Under the pieces are notes generated by a model. That model searched no databases and was not told the DNA's origin. It worked only from the letters and a program-made list of their open reading frames with translations. Positions 29,109 through 38,827 of a stretch of 64,000 nt of DNA are shown piece after piece. This stretch comes from Deltaproteobacteria bacterium (GTDB lineage: Bacteria; Myxococcota; Kuafuiibacteriia; Kuafuiibacteriales; Kuafuiibacteriaceae), in assembly GCA_040218735.1 (NCBI GenBank), contig JAVJQW010000038.1, positions 192,001 through 256,000 on the forward strand. Direction: 5' to 3'. The translations under genes were made by a program, and so were the position numbers. The stretch's first letter is position 1, and every line of letters starts with the position of its first letter.

Positions 29109-29984
29109 GTGCGGATCGCGAGTGTTTCAGACCTTCATACCGACTACCCCGAGAACCGGGACGCGGTGGTGAAGCTCGCCATCGCGATCCACGAGGGCGG
29201 CGCGGACGTCCTGATCGTCGCGGGCGACGTCTCCCACAAGAACGACCGCATCCGGCGCGCGCTCGCCGCGTTGAAGGAGGCGGCGCCGATCGTCGCGTAC
29301 ATCCCGGGCAACCACGACCTGTGGTTCGACGTCCCGTTCGCCCCGGCGCGCGAGGACCTCGACACCTGGCAGCGCTACCGCCACGAGCTGCGCGACGTCG
29401 CCACCGAGGTGGGCGCCCACTACCTCCCGGCCGGTCCGCTGTACGTCGAGGACGTCGCGATCGTCGGGACCTGCGGTTGGTACGACTACTCGCTCATGCC
29501 GCAGGCGCTGCGCGAGGGCGTGGGGATCGAAGCGCTGGAGAGCAAACAGTACGGCGGCGTGATGTGGAGCGACGCACGTTTCATCGCGTTCCGCGACGCC
29601 GACAAGAACCTGATGCCCGACGTCGACGTCGCGCGACAGATGGAGCGCGAGCTCCTCGCGCACGTCGCCCAGGCCGAGGAGAAGGACGGCGTCGAGCACA
29701 TCATCGCGGTCACGCACCACCAGCCGTTCGACCGTGTCGTCACCCACACCGGCCAGATGCCGTGGGAGTTCTTCTGCGCGTTCATGGGGAGCGAAGGGCT
29801 CGGCCGCGTCATCACCAGCAGCGACAAGATCCACCACGCGATCTACGGCCACACGCACATCGTCGGCGATCATGACGTCGATGGCGTTCGGGTGTTCGGG
29901 ACGGCGCTCGGTTATCCGCGGGAGCGGAAGGGCCTCAGCGAAGACGAGATGGTCGCGAGCCGGGTGGGGTGGATCGACCTGTGA
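29109..29984 (+). CDS. calcineurin-like metallophosphoesterase
   Basis: SDLH, AGD, PGNHD, THH, GHTH motifs. Confidence 0.92.
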   Translation: MRIASVSDLHTDYPENRDAVVKLAIAIHEGGADVLIVAGDVSHKNDRIRRALAALKEAAPIVAYIPGNHDLWFDVPFAPAREDLDTWQRYRHELRDVATEVGAHYLPAGPLYVEDVAIVGTCGWYDYSLMPQALREGVGIEALESKQYGGVMWSDARFIAFRDADKNLMPDVDVARQMERELLAHVAQAEEKDGVEHIIAVTHHQPFDRVVTHTGQMPWEFFCAFMGSEGLGRVITSSDKIHHAIYGHTHIVGDHDVDGVRVFGTALGYPRERKGLSEDEMVASRVGWIDL

Positions 29985-29986
29985 CC

Positions 29987-31630
29987 TCAGCGCTCGAGCG
30001 CGTCGAGCTTCTTGCAGATCTTCCCGTACGTCTTCGGCGTCAGCGCGCCGTCGCCGGCGAGCTGCATTCGCAGATCGATCAGCTCGCTGTCGAGTGAAGC
30101 GTCCTTCGACGCTTCGAGCCGGCGCTGCACCTCGGCGACCCGGCGACGTAGTCGCCACCTCGACCAGTCGATCTCATCGACGTGGCTCAGCACCTTCGCG
30201 CTCGCACGTTCTCGCGCCGCCGGCGACTTGGCGGTGCGCAGCGCGCGGACGCCCGGGACGTGATGTTGGTGGGTGAGGTCGCCCCGCTCGAGCCCCTTCG
30301 CCGCGAGCGCGGTCTGCAGACGCTCGGCGCCCGACGGCTCTGCGGTCCGTGCGAGGTCGGGCGCGGGCTCGACCGGACGCCGACGGCGGGGACGCGGCTT
30401 CTTCGGGGCGGGTGCCTCTTCGGTCGGCGGCTGTTCTGAAGGCACCGCGCGCGCCGAAGGGAGCGCGCTCGCCGAAGGCACCGCACGCGCCCGTACCTCG
30501 GGCGCTCTTGCCGGGGGCCCCTCGGTCGAGCTCGGGAGCGCGAAGAGCAGCAGCACCGCGGTCGAGACCAGCGCCAACGCGAGCAGCACGTACGGCGCGC
30601 GGCTCGGCTTCGGCATCGCCTCCGGGGGCGGGAGGACCGCGGCGCGCGTCGCCTCGGAGGTGTCCGCGACGTGGGTAGCGGCCGCCTCGGGTTGGAAGTG
30701 CTCGCCCAGCCACGCCGCGACCTCGTCGCGGGTCGCGGTCGGGATGCCCGTCGCCCGTAGCGCCGCGGCGAACCGAGCGGCCGTCGCGAAGCGATCCGCG
30801 GGGGCCTTCGCCAGCGCACCGTACAGGACCTCGTCGATCGCGGCGGGGATCTCGGGGCGGAGCGCGGACGCGCTCGGCGCGGCGCGCACGGTGATCGCGG
30901 CGAGCGCTTCGCCCACCGGCAGCTCCTCGATGACCGGTACGAGCGTGAGCATCTCGAACAGCACGACCCCGAGCGCGTACAGATCGGTGCGACGGTCGAC
31001 GCGCTCGCCGGCGGCCTGCTCCGGGGAGAAGTACTCGACGGTCCCGACTAACACCTGCTGCCGGGTCTCGAAGTCACCGACGGACGCACGCGCGACGCCG
31101 AAGTCGATCACCTTCACGTCGCCGTCGAAGGTGAGCATCAGGTTCTTCGGCGCGAGGTCGCGGTGCACGATCGACAGCGGCGCGCCGTCGGGGCCGGTCG
31201 CGTCGTGGACGTAGGCGAGGGCGTCGAGCGTCATCGTCGCGATCGCCATGACGATCGGGAGGGGCATGAACGTGTCACGCTCGCGCAGCGCGCCGATCAC
31301 GTCGGCGAGATCGACGCCCGCCACGTGCTCCATCGCGATGTAGAACGCGTCGTCGACGAAGCCGGCGTCGAGGGTCTTGGCGACGTTCGGGTGGTCGAGG
31401 AACGCGGCGACGTGCGCCTCGCGGACGAAACGTTTGTGCGCGACCTCGTGGTCGACGAGCGCCTCGGTCAGTCGCTTGAGCACACACGGCCCGGGCGCGC
31501 CCTCGCGCTGCGCGAGCCAGACCTCGCCCATCCCGCCGCGACCGATCGGCGCGAGGAGCGCGTACCGCCCGAACGTCCCGCGCGGCGTCGACCGGCGGCG
31601 GATGACGAGCGTCTGCTCCACGTGCGCCAT
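29987..31630 (-). CDS. membrane Ser/Thr protein kinase
   Basis: GRGGMGEV, VLK, HRDLAPKN, DFG, SPE, DLYALG, then a TM helix. Confidence 0.95.
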   Translation of the reverse strand: MAHVEQTLVIRRRSTPRGTFGRYALLAPIGRGGMGEVWLAQREGAPGPCVLKRLTEALVDHEVAHKRFVREAHVAAFLDHPNVAKTLDAGFVDDAFYIAMEHVAGVDLADVIGALRERDTFMPLPIVMAIATMTLDALAYVHDATGPDGAPLSIVHRDLAPKNLMLTFDGDVKVIDFGVARASVGDFETRQQVLVGTVEYFSPEQAAGERVDRRTDLYALGVVLFEMLTLVPVIEELPVGEALAAITVRAAPSASALRPEIPAAIDEVLYGALAKAPADRFATAARFAAALRATGIPTATRDEVAAWLGEHFQPEAAATHVADTSEATRAAVLPPPEAMPKPSRAPYVLLALALVSTAVLLLFALPSSTEGPPARAPEVRARAVPSASALPSARAVPSEQPPTEEAPAPKKPRPRRRRPVEPAPDLARTAEPSGAERLQTALAAKGLERGDLTHQHHVPGVRALRTAKSPAARERASAKVLSHVDEIDWSRWRLRRRVAEVQRRLEASKDASLDSELIDLRMQLAGDGALTPKTYGKICKKLDALER

Positions 31631-31669
31631 CCTAACGGCGATACATACTTCGTGGTACGATTCGTCGCC

Positions 31670-32350
31670 GTGTGGAGTCTGGGCCTGCTCCTGTCCAGCG
31701 CGCCCGTCGTCCTCCATCTGCTGAACGCCGAAGGCCTCCCGCCCCGCGGGGCGACGGAGGTCATGACGCAGATGGCGGTGGGGATCGAGGCGGCGACGGG
31801 GCGTGACGTCGCGCTCGACGACAGCACGCGCTGCGAGGACGCCGAGGTCTGCGCCGGAGCGATCGGTACGCGTTACGCGACGGACGATGTCCTGCTCGTG
31901 CAGCTCTTCGGCGCGGTGCAGACGGGGCGCGCGCGTGTGCTGCTCGCGGATCGAACGGGAAGGACGCAGCGTCGCGTCGACCTCGACTTCCCGCGTGACG
32001 ATCGCCAGCTGTGGCCGGCGATCTTCTCTGGGCTCGCGAACATCCTCTTCCCGGCGGTCCGCGAGAAGGTCGTGGTCGAGACCACGCCGGACCCGCCGCC
32101 CGACTCGGGGTTCGGCGCGATCGTCGCGTGGACCGCGGTGGGAGTCGGCGTCGGTCTCGCGGCGGGGGGCACCGCGTTTCGGATCGGCTCGAACAGCACA
32201 CGCGACGACGTCGAGGGCCGTCCGCTCGAAGACCCGATGCGCGATGAGCTCATCTCGAGCTCCAACGCGCAGGGGCTGACGTCCAACCTGATGTTCGGCG
32301 CCGGGGCCGTCTCGATCGCGTCCGGCCTGGTGTACCTGCTCACGCGATGA
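31670..32350 (+). CDS. hypothetical secreted/membrane protein
   Basis: Signal-like N-terminus, C....C pair, two Gly-rich C-terminal hydrophobic helices. Start inferred. Confidence 0.65.
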   Translation: MWSLGLLLSSAPVVLHLLNAEGLPPRGATEVMTQMAVGIEAATGRDVALDDSTRCEDAEVCAGAIGTRYATDDVLLVQLFGAVQTGRARVLLADRTGRTQRRVDLDFPRDDRQLWPAIFSGLANILFPAVREKVVVETTPDPPPDSGFGAIVAWTAVGVGVGLAAGGTAFRIGSNSTRDDVEGRPLEDPMRDELISSSNAQGLTSNLMFGAGAVSIASGLVYLLTR

Positions 32351-33876
32351 GACGCGCGGTCCTCCTCCTCGCGCTCGCGGGTTGCGACTCCTCGTTCTTC
32401 GACCACGCGACGTCGGACGTGCTGCCGCGCGGTACCTGCCCCGACTACGTCGTGGACGTCCGCGAGCTGGACGCCGTGCCGCGGCCGGACTGCGTCCCGG
32501 AGGTCGAGATCGAGGCGCGCGCGGACGGCTGCTGGGTCGACGTCCGGCTGGCGTGTGTCGAGGTCGGACCGGCGGTGACGATCCGTGCGCGGGTGACGGA
32601 CGGGGTGGTGCACCCGCGTGACGAGGTGTGCAGCGTGCGGGGGGAGTGGCTGAGGTGCAAGGCGTTCGAGGTCCGCATCGTCGAGCCGGAGCCGCTGCCC
32701 TACGCGCAGACGGGCGCGTCCGGGTGGGTCGAGCACGACACCTACTTTCAATCCACGACGCAGGAGCTCACCGTGTACGCGGCGATCACGCGGCGCGGCT
32801 ACTACCAGGAGCTCCTCGCCCTCGACGACGGGTTGATCACTTTCCGCAACGAGACGCCGAACATCATCCCGGTCTGTCCCGGCGAGGCGCCGACGCAGAT
32901 CGAGGATCCCGAAGACCCGTCGCGGTCCTTTTCGTCGGAAGACTGTCTATTCAGTGGATCGGTGCTCGACGGGAGCTCGTTCGTCGCGTCCTACGGCCAG
33001 ATGCAGACCACGTTCGGGATCTTCGAACGCCGCGACGGCGAGTTTGGTTTCGACGTCGTGTCGAGCGTCGAGCTCGATCCCGCGGCGGACTGCGGACGGG
33101 ACGTGCCGACGGCGACGTCCGGCTTCACGCTCGACCGCATCGTACGTTCGGTGCGCGCGTACCCGGAGCTCGGCGAGGTGGTCGCGGTGATGCAGGAGAT
33201 CGGGCGCCCCATCGCCGTGGGCGATAAGGTCGACTGGGGTAGCTACATCGTGCTCCTCGAGCTCGCCGAGGACCCCGACGCGCTGTCGATCGCGGACTGC
33301 CGTTTCTTCCCGCCGCGCGGAGAGAGTGTGCCTCGCTTCGCGGACGCCGCGCTCGACGAGCGATCCGTGTACGTCCTCGACGACGCCACCAACGAGGTCG
33401 CGCGGGGCGTACGCGACCTCGACCAGGCGTTCGAGGGGGTGTCGCTCGACATCAACGGAGGGCTGTACCGCTACCTCCCGGAGATCTCCGTCGAACAGGA
33501 GCGCGCGTTCGTCATCGACATCCGCGGCACCGTCGCGACCGTACTGCTGTCGGACCCGGTCGCCGTGCGCGGCGCGACGCCGTTCGGCGTGGCCCACGGA
33601 TTCCAGCCGTCGACGATGGTCCGCGTCGGCGACCTCTACGCCGTCGCGTTGTACGCGCCCGTCGAAGGCATGGAGACCGGTGCGGTCGGTGAGGCGTGGA
33701 TCGGGTGGTTCGATCCCGAACGCGAGGCCTTCCTCCCCGGCGCGACACCGCTGTCGATCCCGCAGGCGCCGGGTGTGCCCACCGGGTTGATCGGGCGGCT
33801 CGTCGTGAAGGGCGATCGACTCTATGCGTTGCTGTCCTGGACGGGGGCGGTCGTGGAGCTCGCGCCGACGCCCTGA
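32347..33876 (+). CDS. hypothetical lipoprotein, probable beta-propeller
   Basis: Lipobox LAGC; ATGA overlap; beta-rich composition. Confidence 0.75.
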   Translation: MRRAVLLLALAGCDSSFFDHATSDVLPRGTCPDYVVDVRELDAVPRPDCVPEVEIEARADGCWVDVRLACVEVGPAVTIRARVTDGVVHPRDEVCSVRGEWLRCKAFEVRIVEPEPLPYAQTGASGWVEHDTYFQSTTQELTVYAAITRRGYYQELLALDDGLITFRNETPNIIPVCPGEAPTQIEDPEDPSRSFSSEDCLFSGSVLDGSSFVASYGQMQTTFGIFERRDGEFGFDVVSSVELDPAADCGRDVPTATSGFTLDRIVRSVRAYPELGEVVAVMQEIGRPIAVGDKVDWGSYIVLLELAEDPDALSIADCRFFPPRGESVPRFADAALDERSVYVLDDATNEVARGVRDLDQAFEGVSLDINGGLYRYLPEISVEQERAFVIDIRGTVATVLLSDPVAVRGATPFGVAHGFQPSTMVRVGDLYAVALYAPVEGMETGAVGEAWIGWFDPEREAFLPGATPLSIPQAPGVPTGLIGRLVVKGDRLYALLSWTGAVVELAPTP

Positions 33877-35144
33877 GGTCGGCGTCGCTGCACGTTGAGC
33901 GTTCGCACGGCTTCACACACGGCGTCGGGGGCGCGGGCGAGCGAAGCGGCGTACACGATCGGCGTCGCCGGTACGCTGTAGAGCAGCTGGTACGCGGCCT
34001 CGAGACGCTGCGGGTCGTGCTCGACGAGGGACGCGACGCTGGGACGCTCCGGCTCGTCGTGGTGCTCGAGCGCGACGGCGAGCGCCGCGCCGTGCAAGGG
34101 GCGGGGTGGTTCGGAGAGGATCACGTCGAGCGCGCTCCGGTCGCCGGTCCGTACGGCGGCGCGCAGCGCGTCCATCAGATCGTGATCGAAGAGTAGGTCG
34201 CCTTCGCTGGTCGTCGCGTCCCCGTTGACGACCACGCCGCCGCCGCCGAACGGCAGCGGGCTCGCGTCGGGCGCGAGCTCCGGGATGACGATCTCGTGGG
34301 CGCCGAGCATCTTGAGGAAGAGCTTGATCAGCGCGTGTACGAGGTGGGCGTCGCGCGGCTCGGGGAGCCAGCGATCGACGCGGTGGGTGCGCGTCGCGAG
34401 GACGCCGAGGTTGGCTTCGCGCCCGAGCGTCGCGAAGACGCGACCGAGGACATCGGGATCGCGGAGGTCCCCGCCGGTCCACCACGTCGCGGGGTCCGAG
34501 CCGAAGTCGACGCCGACCGCGATCCGGAGCCCGAGCCGCTGCGCGCGCGCCATGAACCGTTCGAGGCGCGCGGTCCCCCCGGCGGCGAGGTCGGCGCCGA
34601 CGTTCACCAGCAGCCCGACGTTTTCGAAGCCGAGCGCCTTGGCTTCGTCGAGCGCGGCCTCGAAGCCTTCGCGCGGATCGACGTAGTACCAAGGCGCGCG
34701 CCACCAACCCTCCGGGAGCCGTTGGTCGCGGGCGCGCCACCTCGCCTGGCGATCGAACCGGGCGCGGAGGAGTGCGTCGCTGAAGATCGCGAGGAGGCGG
34801 CGCCAGTCGTTCGGGACGAGCTGACGGCAGAGGCGACGCGCGTAGTCGAGATCGTCGGCGCCCAGCCAGGCCGCCAACATCGCCCACTTCCGTTCGAGGC
34901 GCGCGGGGCGTGCGCGGAGGCATTCGGCGATGCTCGCGAGCGCGGGGTGCTCGGGGCGGTGGGTCGCGGCCGCGAACGGGGAGGGCAGGTACATCGCCGC
35001 GGGGTCGGGGCGGTGCGGCAGGACCGTCGGCGTGACCGTGGGCCGTTGGGCTCGGGGAGCACCAGCGTCCGCACCGCGTCGCCCGGGGCGCAGCTCGATC
35101 TGCTGGCGCCCCTCGCGCAGCGTGAAGTTTCGAACGAGTCCCAT
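33822..35144 (-). CDS. degenerate GH13 (alpha-amylase/TreS-like) protein
   Basis: YVDPR, GGTARLERFMARAQRLGLRIAVGV, LEHHDE, LLYSVPATPIVY resemble the GH13 scaffold; catalytic motifs not evident. Confidence 0.45.
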   Translation of the reverse strand: MGLVRNFTLREGRQQIELRPGRRGADAGAPRAQRPTVTPTVLPHRPDPAAMYLPSPFAAATHRPEHPALASIAECLRARPARLERKWAMLAAWLGADDLDYARRLCRQLVPNDWRRLLAIFSDALLRARFDRQARWRARDQRLPEGWWRAPWYYVDPREGFEAALDEAKALGFENVGLLVNVGADLAAGGTARLERFMARAQRLGLRIAVGVDFGSDPATWWTGGDLRDPDVLGRVFATLGREANLGVLATRTHRVDRWLPEPRDAHLVHALIKLFLKMLGAHEIVIPELAPDASPLPFGGGGVVVNGDATTSEGDLLFDHDLMDALRAAVRTGDRSALDVILSEPPRPLHGAALAVALEHHDEPERPSVASLVEHDPQRLEAAYQLLYSVPATPIVYAASLARAPDAVCEAVRTLNVQRRRPQGVGASSTTAPVQDSNA

Positions 35145-35488
35145 ACCCGATCCCCTACACAGCAAACCGCCGGCCAACGCGGGACCCCTGCGACGGGCTC
35201 CGGGGACGTTACGGGTGGGTAAACGTACGTTCGAAATGCGTTGAGGAACCGAAACGGTTCGCGACCGCACGGAGACGGCGCCTGCTTACCGTTCCCGGCC
35301 CTCGCTCACTTCTTCTGAAATTCACTCGGGACGGTCCGTGGTCGCGATGGTCACGAAACCCCGGTTTCGAGCCCGAATTCGCGGTCGAACGCTCGCGGAA
35401 CCGTCGCGCACGCCAAGCAACACCGTGGCCACCGCGCCGATACCGGTACGCAGCTGTACTACATCAGCCGACACGGCCAGGAGACGCC

Positions 35489-35935
35489 ATGCACACCGCT
35501 TACGGACAGACCTTCATCCCCGGCCAGACCCCGCTCCCGCCCGTCGATCCCACGCCGATTCAGCCGCCGACCACCCAGCCGGACGACTGCCGGGCGATTC
35601 CGCTCGACGTTCGCGGTTGGAGCACCTCCGCGAACCTCACCATCCACGAAGCGACGACCTGTCGCTATCGCGCGACCTGGAACGTCCGCGCCTCCAACCG
35701 CTACGGCACCTGGCCGCGCGACTACGACTTCAAGGCCGACGCGAAGGGCTGGATCTCGGACGTCTTCATCCGCGGCAACGATCGCGTCCGTGTCCGCTGG
35801 AACCTCCGCACCGACGCCGTCGAGGTCGCGAGCAACGACGGTCGCGCGATGAACGCCGACCGCGCCCTTCGGATGGCGCGCTTCGCGAAGGCGACCGTCT
35901 TCCCCGGGATCGATCTCGGACAGCTGGCGTACTGA
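35489..35935 (+). CDS. hypothetical protein
   Basis: AGGAG RBS; ATG start; codon bias consistent. Confidence 0.65.
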   Translation: MHTAYGQTFIPGQTPLPPVDPTPIQPPTTQPDDCRAIPLDVRGWSTSANLTIHEATTCRYRATWNVRASNRYGTWPRDYDFKADAKGWISDVFIRGNDRVRVRWNLRTDAVEVASNDGRAMNADRALRMARFAKATVFPGIDLGQLAY

Positions 35936-35944
35936 CGTCGGTGT

Positions 35945-36352
35945 TCAGGGTGTCGTCGTGAACCGGCGCTCGACGGGCGCCGCCAGGCGCGCGCGTGACG
36001 TGGCGACCACCGTGGCGTCGTCGACCGTGAGGAGGAACGTCGCGTCGGCTGGGAACGCTTCGACCGTGTACGTCGCCGTGAAGCGGTCGCGGTCGTAGTC
36101 GTCGAGGGCGATGTCGAGCTGGCGCATCACCGCGCCGGTCCGGGACGTGACGGCGACGGTGACGCCGTCTTCGAGGGAGCCCGGATCGACGGCCTCCGAG
36201 AATGCGACGACGATCGGCACTTCACCGGGATCGACGACCGCGCCCTGGCCAGGGAACGTGTCCACCACGACGAGCGCGCCGGGCGCGACGATCTCCGCGC
36301 TGCCGCAGCTCGCGAGGAGCACACCGAGGATCAACCACCAGCGACGTATCAT
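35945..36352 (-). CDS. Ig-like (Big_5-like) domain lipoprotein
   Basis: Lipobox LASC; P..GA..V...I.V.FSE.VD...L and terminal FTT. Confidence 0.75.
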   Translation of the reverse strand: MIRRWWLILGVLLASCGSAEIVAPGALVVVDTFPGQGAVVDPGEVPIVVAFSEAVDPGSLEDGVTVAVTSRTGAVMRQLDIALDDYDRDRFTATYTVEAFPADATFLLTVDDATVVATSRARLAAPVERRFTTTP

Positions 36353-37302
36353 TCGACCTCCACCGCCGCGAGCGCGTGTACCCCCGCGCGTCCGCCGGCC
36401 GTGATGCGATGGGCCACGATGTACGTGCCCGCGGCCATCGGTATCAAGCGTCGGCACTGTTCGGGCGGGCACCCCGTCGCAAACGAATCGAGCGCGCTCG
36501 GCTCGGCGGGGCCGCCCACCAGTGACCACGTGCGCTGCACGCTGGTCGAAGTGCCGACGGTGCTCGCGCGTCCGTCGAACAACACGAAGTTGCCGCGCTG
36601 CGCACGACGCGGCGCCTCGAGTCGAGCGAGGGGGCGGTCGTGGGCGTCACCGTCGAAGACACCGACCGACGCGACCGCGATGGACGCCCCCGTCGCCGAG
36701 GTCGCGCGGGCCACGACCCAGTAGTCGCCGGGGCGCGGCGGGACGAACGACAACGCGCCGTCCTGCGAAGACACGTCCAGGTCGTCGTCCGAGAGCCCCG
36801 CCGGGAGGCGCAGGAAGCGCCAGGTGATCGACTCGGCGCCGATGCTCGTCGCGGTGAACGTCACGCGGCCGGGCACGCCGCCGCAGTCACCGAGGTCTGT
36901 GAGATCGGTCTGGCACACCGCCGGCTCGACGCCGACGGACACGGAGCTCGTCGAGACCTCCGTCGCGGTGATGCTCACGAGGTCCTGCGCGACGAAGTCC
37001 TCGTCCGCCGCGGAAAGGTGCGCGACGTAGACCCCCGGCACGTCCGCGACGAAGCGCGCCAAGGTGGTCGCGCCGGTGTCGAGGCGCGCCTCGCTGGCGC
37101 CGGGCAGGGACACGAGCGCCCAGTCGAACCCGAGGGGGTCGCCGTCAGGATCGGAGGAGAGGCTCGCGTCGAGGACGACCTCGTCGCCAACCTGCACGAC
37201 GCGGTCGAACCCGGCGAAGGCCGTGGGCGGGCGGGCGATTCGAACTTCGTCGCCGCACCCCGCGAGCGCGAGCGCGACGTACAACGCCAGGCCCCACCTC
37301 AT
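36349..37302 (-). CDS. PKD-like domain lipoprotein
   Basis: Lipobox LAGC; LDASLSSDPDGDPL.FDW and F..DVPGVY repeats. Confidence 0.8.
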   Translation of the reverse strand: MRWGLALYVALALAGCGDEVRIARPPTAFAGFDRVVQVGDEVVLDASLSSDPDGDPLGFDWALVSLPGASEARLDTGATTLARFVADVPGVYVAHLSAADEDFVAQDLVSITATEVSTSSVSVGVEPAVCQTDLTDLGDCGGVPGRVTFTATSIGAESITWRFLRLPAGLSDDDLDVSSQDGALSFVPPRPGDYWVVARATSATGASIAVASVGVFDGDAHDRPLARLEAPRRAQRGNFVLFDGRASTVGTSTSVQRTWSLVGGPAEPSALDSFATGCPPEQCRRLIPMAAGTYIVAHRITAGGRAGVHALAAVEVE

Positions 37303-37333
37303 CGGCGGGGAGCCTAGCTCCATCGCCGTGCCG

Positions 37334-38770
37334 ATGCCATCATGCGCGTCCGTGTCGCCGTACGCCCCGCTCGCGTTGATGCTGCTGTCGCTGGGCGCCG
37401 GCGAGCCCGAAGACCTCACCAACCTGGAGGTCGCCCTCACGCGGCACACGCGCGACATCTACGCGGTCGACCTCGACGAGATCAAGAAACGCGGGGTGCT
37501 CCGCGTCCTCACGCGGAACAACTCGGCGCACTACTACATCGCACGCGGTGAGCAGCGCGGGTTCGAATACGAGCTGGCGAAGGCCTTCGCGAAGGAGCTC
37601 GGCGTTCGGCTCGCGGTCGTCGTGCCGCCGAGCCGCAACGCGCTGATCAAGGGGCTCCTCGACGGGCACGGCGACATGATCGCGGCCGGCACGACGATCA
37701 CCAACGTGCGCGGCGAGAAGGTGCTGTTCACGCCGCCCGTGACCTCCGCGCCGCGCGTGGTCACCACGCACGAGAACATCGTGAAGCCGCTCGAGACCCT
37801 CGAGGACCTCTCGGCGTTCGAGATCCACCTCAGCTTCCGCTCCACCACCCTCCGCGACATGCGCGCGGTGGAGACCAAGCTCGGCCGCGCGCTCCGGCTC
37901 GTGGACGTCACCGACGGCGTCGAGATGGAGGCGATGGTGCACCGAGTCGGCGAGGGCGAGTACGAAGCCACCGTCATCGACGAGGACCTCCTGCACCTCG
38001 CCCAGGCGGCGGGTGAGCCGGTTCAGACGGGTGTCATCATCTCCGAGGCGCGCCACAAGGGCTGGGCCGTGCACCCCGGCGCGCCCGCGCTCCACGAGGC
38101 GGCGTCGCAGTTCATCGAGAAACACTCGAAGAGCGGGCTGATCCGGATCCTGTACGGCAAGTACTACCGCGCCAACTCGCGCTTCGCGAAGAAGGCGCAA
38201 GAGCTCGAGTACCGCGCCGACGCGTCCGGGACGATCTCCCCGTACGACGACCTCTTCAAGGAGGCCGAGGCCGAGACGGGGCTCGACTGGCGGCTCCTCG
38301 CGGCGGTTGCCTACACCGAGTCGCGGTTCGACCCGAAGGCGGAGAGCCGCTGGGGTGCGAAGGGCCTGATGCAGGTGCTCCCGTCCACCGCGAAGAGCAT
38401 CGGCTTCCGCAGCCTCGACTCGCCCCGGGCGCAGGTCATGGCGGGGGCGAAGTACCTCGCGCGGCTGGTGTCGCGGTTCGACGAGTCCATCGCCGAGCGC
38501 CAGCGCATTCGTTTCGCGTTGGCGGCCTACAACGCGGGCCTCGGCCACGTGTACGACGCGCGCCGCCTCGCCGAGCAGACGAAGAAGAACCCAGACCGTT
38601 GGTTCAAGAACGTGGAGGAGGCCCTGAAGCTGAAGATGGACAAGAAGTGGCACGAGAAGACGCGCCACGGGTACTGCCGCGCCGTGGAGACGGTGCAGTA
38701 CGTCTCGTCCATTCAGACCCGCTACGACGTCTACGTCCGCCATGTGAAACACGCGACCCGCGACAAGTGA
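37334..38770 (+). CDS. mltF: membrane-bound lytic murein transglycosylase F
   Basis: SBP domain (LDEIKKRGVLRVLTRN, GFEYELAKAFA) fused to SLT domain (DWRLLAAVAYTES, GAKGLMQ, AAYNAG.GHV). Confidence 0.92.
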   Translation: MPSCASVSPYAPLALMLLSLGAGEPEDLTNLEVALTRHTRDIYAVDLDEIKKRGVLRVLTRNNSAHYYIARGEQRGFEYELAKAFAKELGVRLAVVVPPSRNALIKGLLDGHGDMIAAGTTITNVRGEKVLFTPPVTSAPRVVTTHENIVKPLETLEDLSAFEIHLSFRSTTLRDMRAVETKLGRALRLVDVTDGVEMEAMVHRVGEGEYEATVIDEDLLHLAQAAGEPVQTGVIISEARHKGWAVHPGAPALHEAASQFIEKHSKSGLIRILYGKYYRANSRFAKKAQELEYRADASGTISPYDDLFKEAEAETGLDWRLLAAVAYTESRFDPKAESRWGAKGLMQVLPSTAKSIGFRSLDSPRAQVMAGAKYLARLVSRFDESIAERQRIRFALAAYNAGLGHVYDARRLAEQTKKNPDRWFKNVEEALKLKMDKKWHEKTRHGYCRAVETVQYVSSIQTRYDVYVRHVKHATRDK

Positions 38771-38827
38771 CGACGGCCCGCCCGTTTGCCGCTTGACGTG
38801 GTCTTCGGGACACAAAATGGTGCGGCC

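Noticed and set aside
30435-30495. Short repeat encoding ARAVPS-ASALPS-ARAVPS in the kinase linker
   Set aside because: Small local duplication in a low-complexity linker with no further structure.
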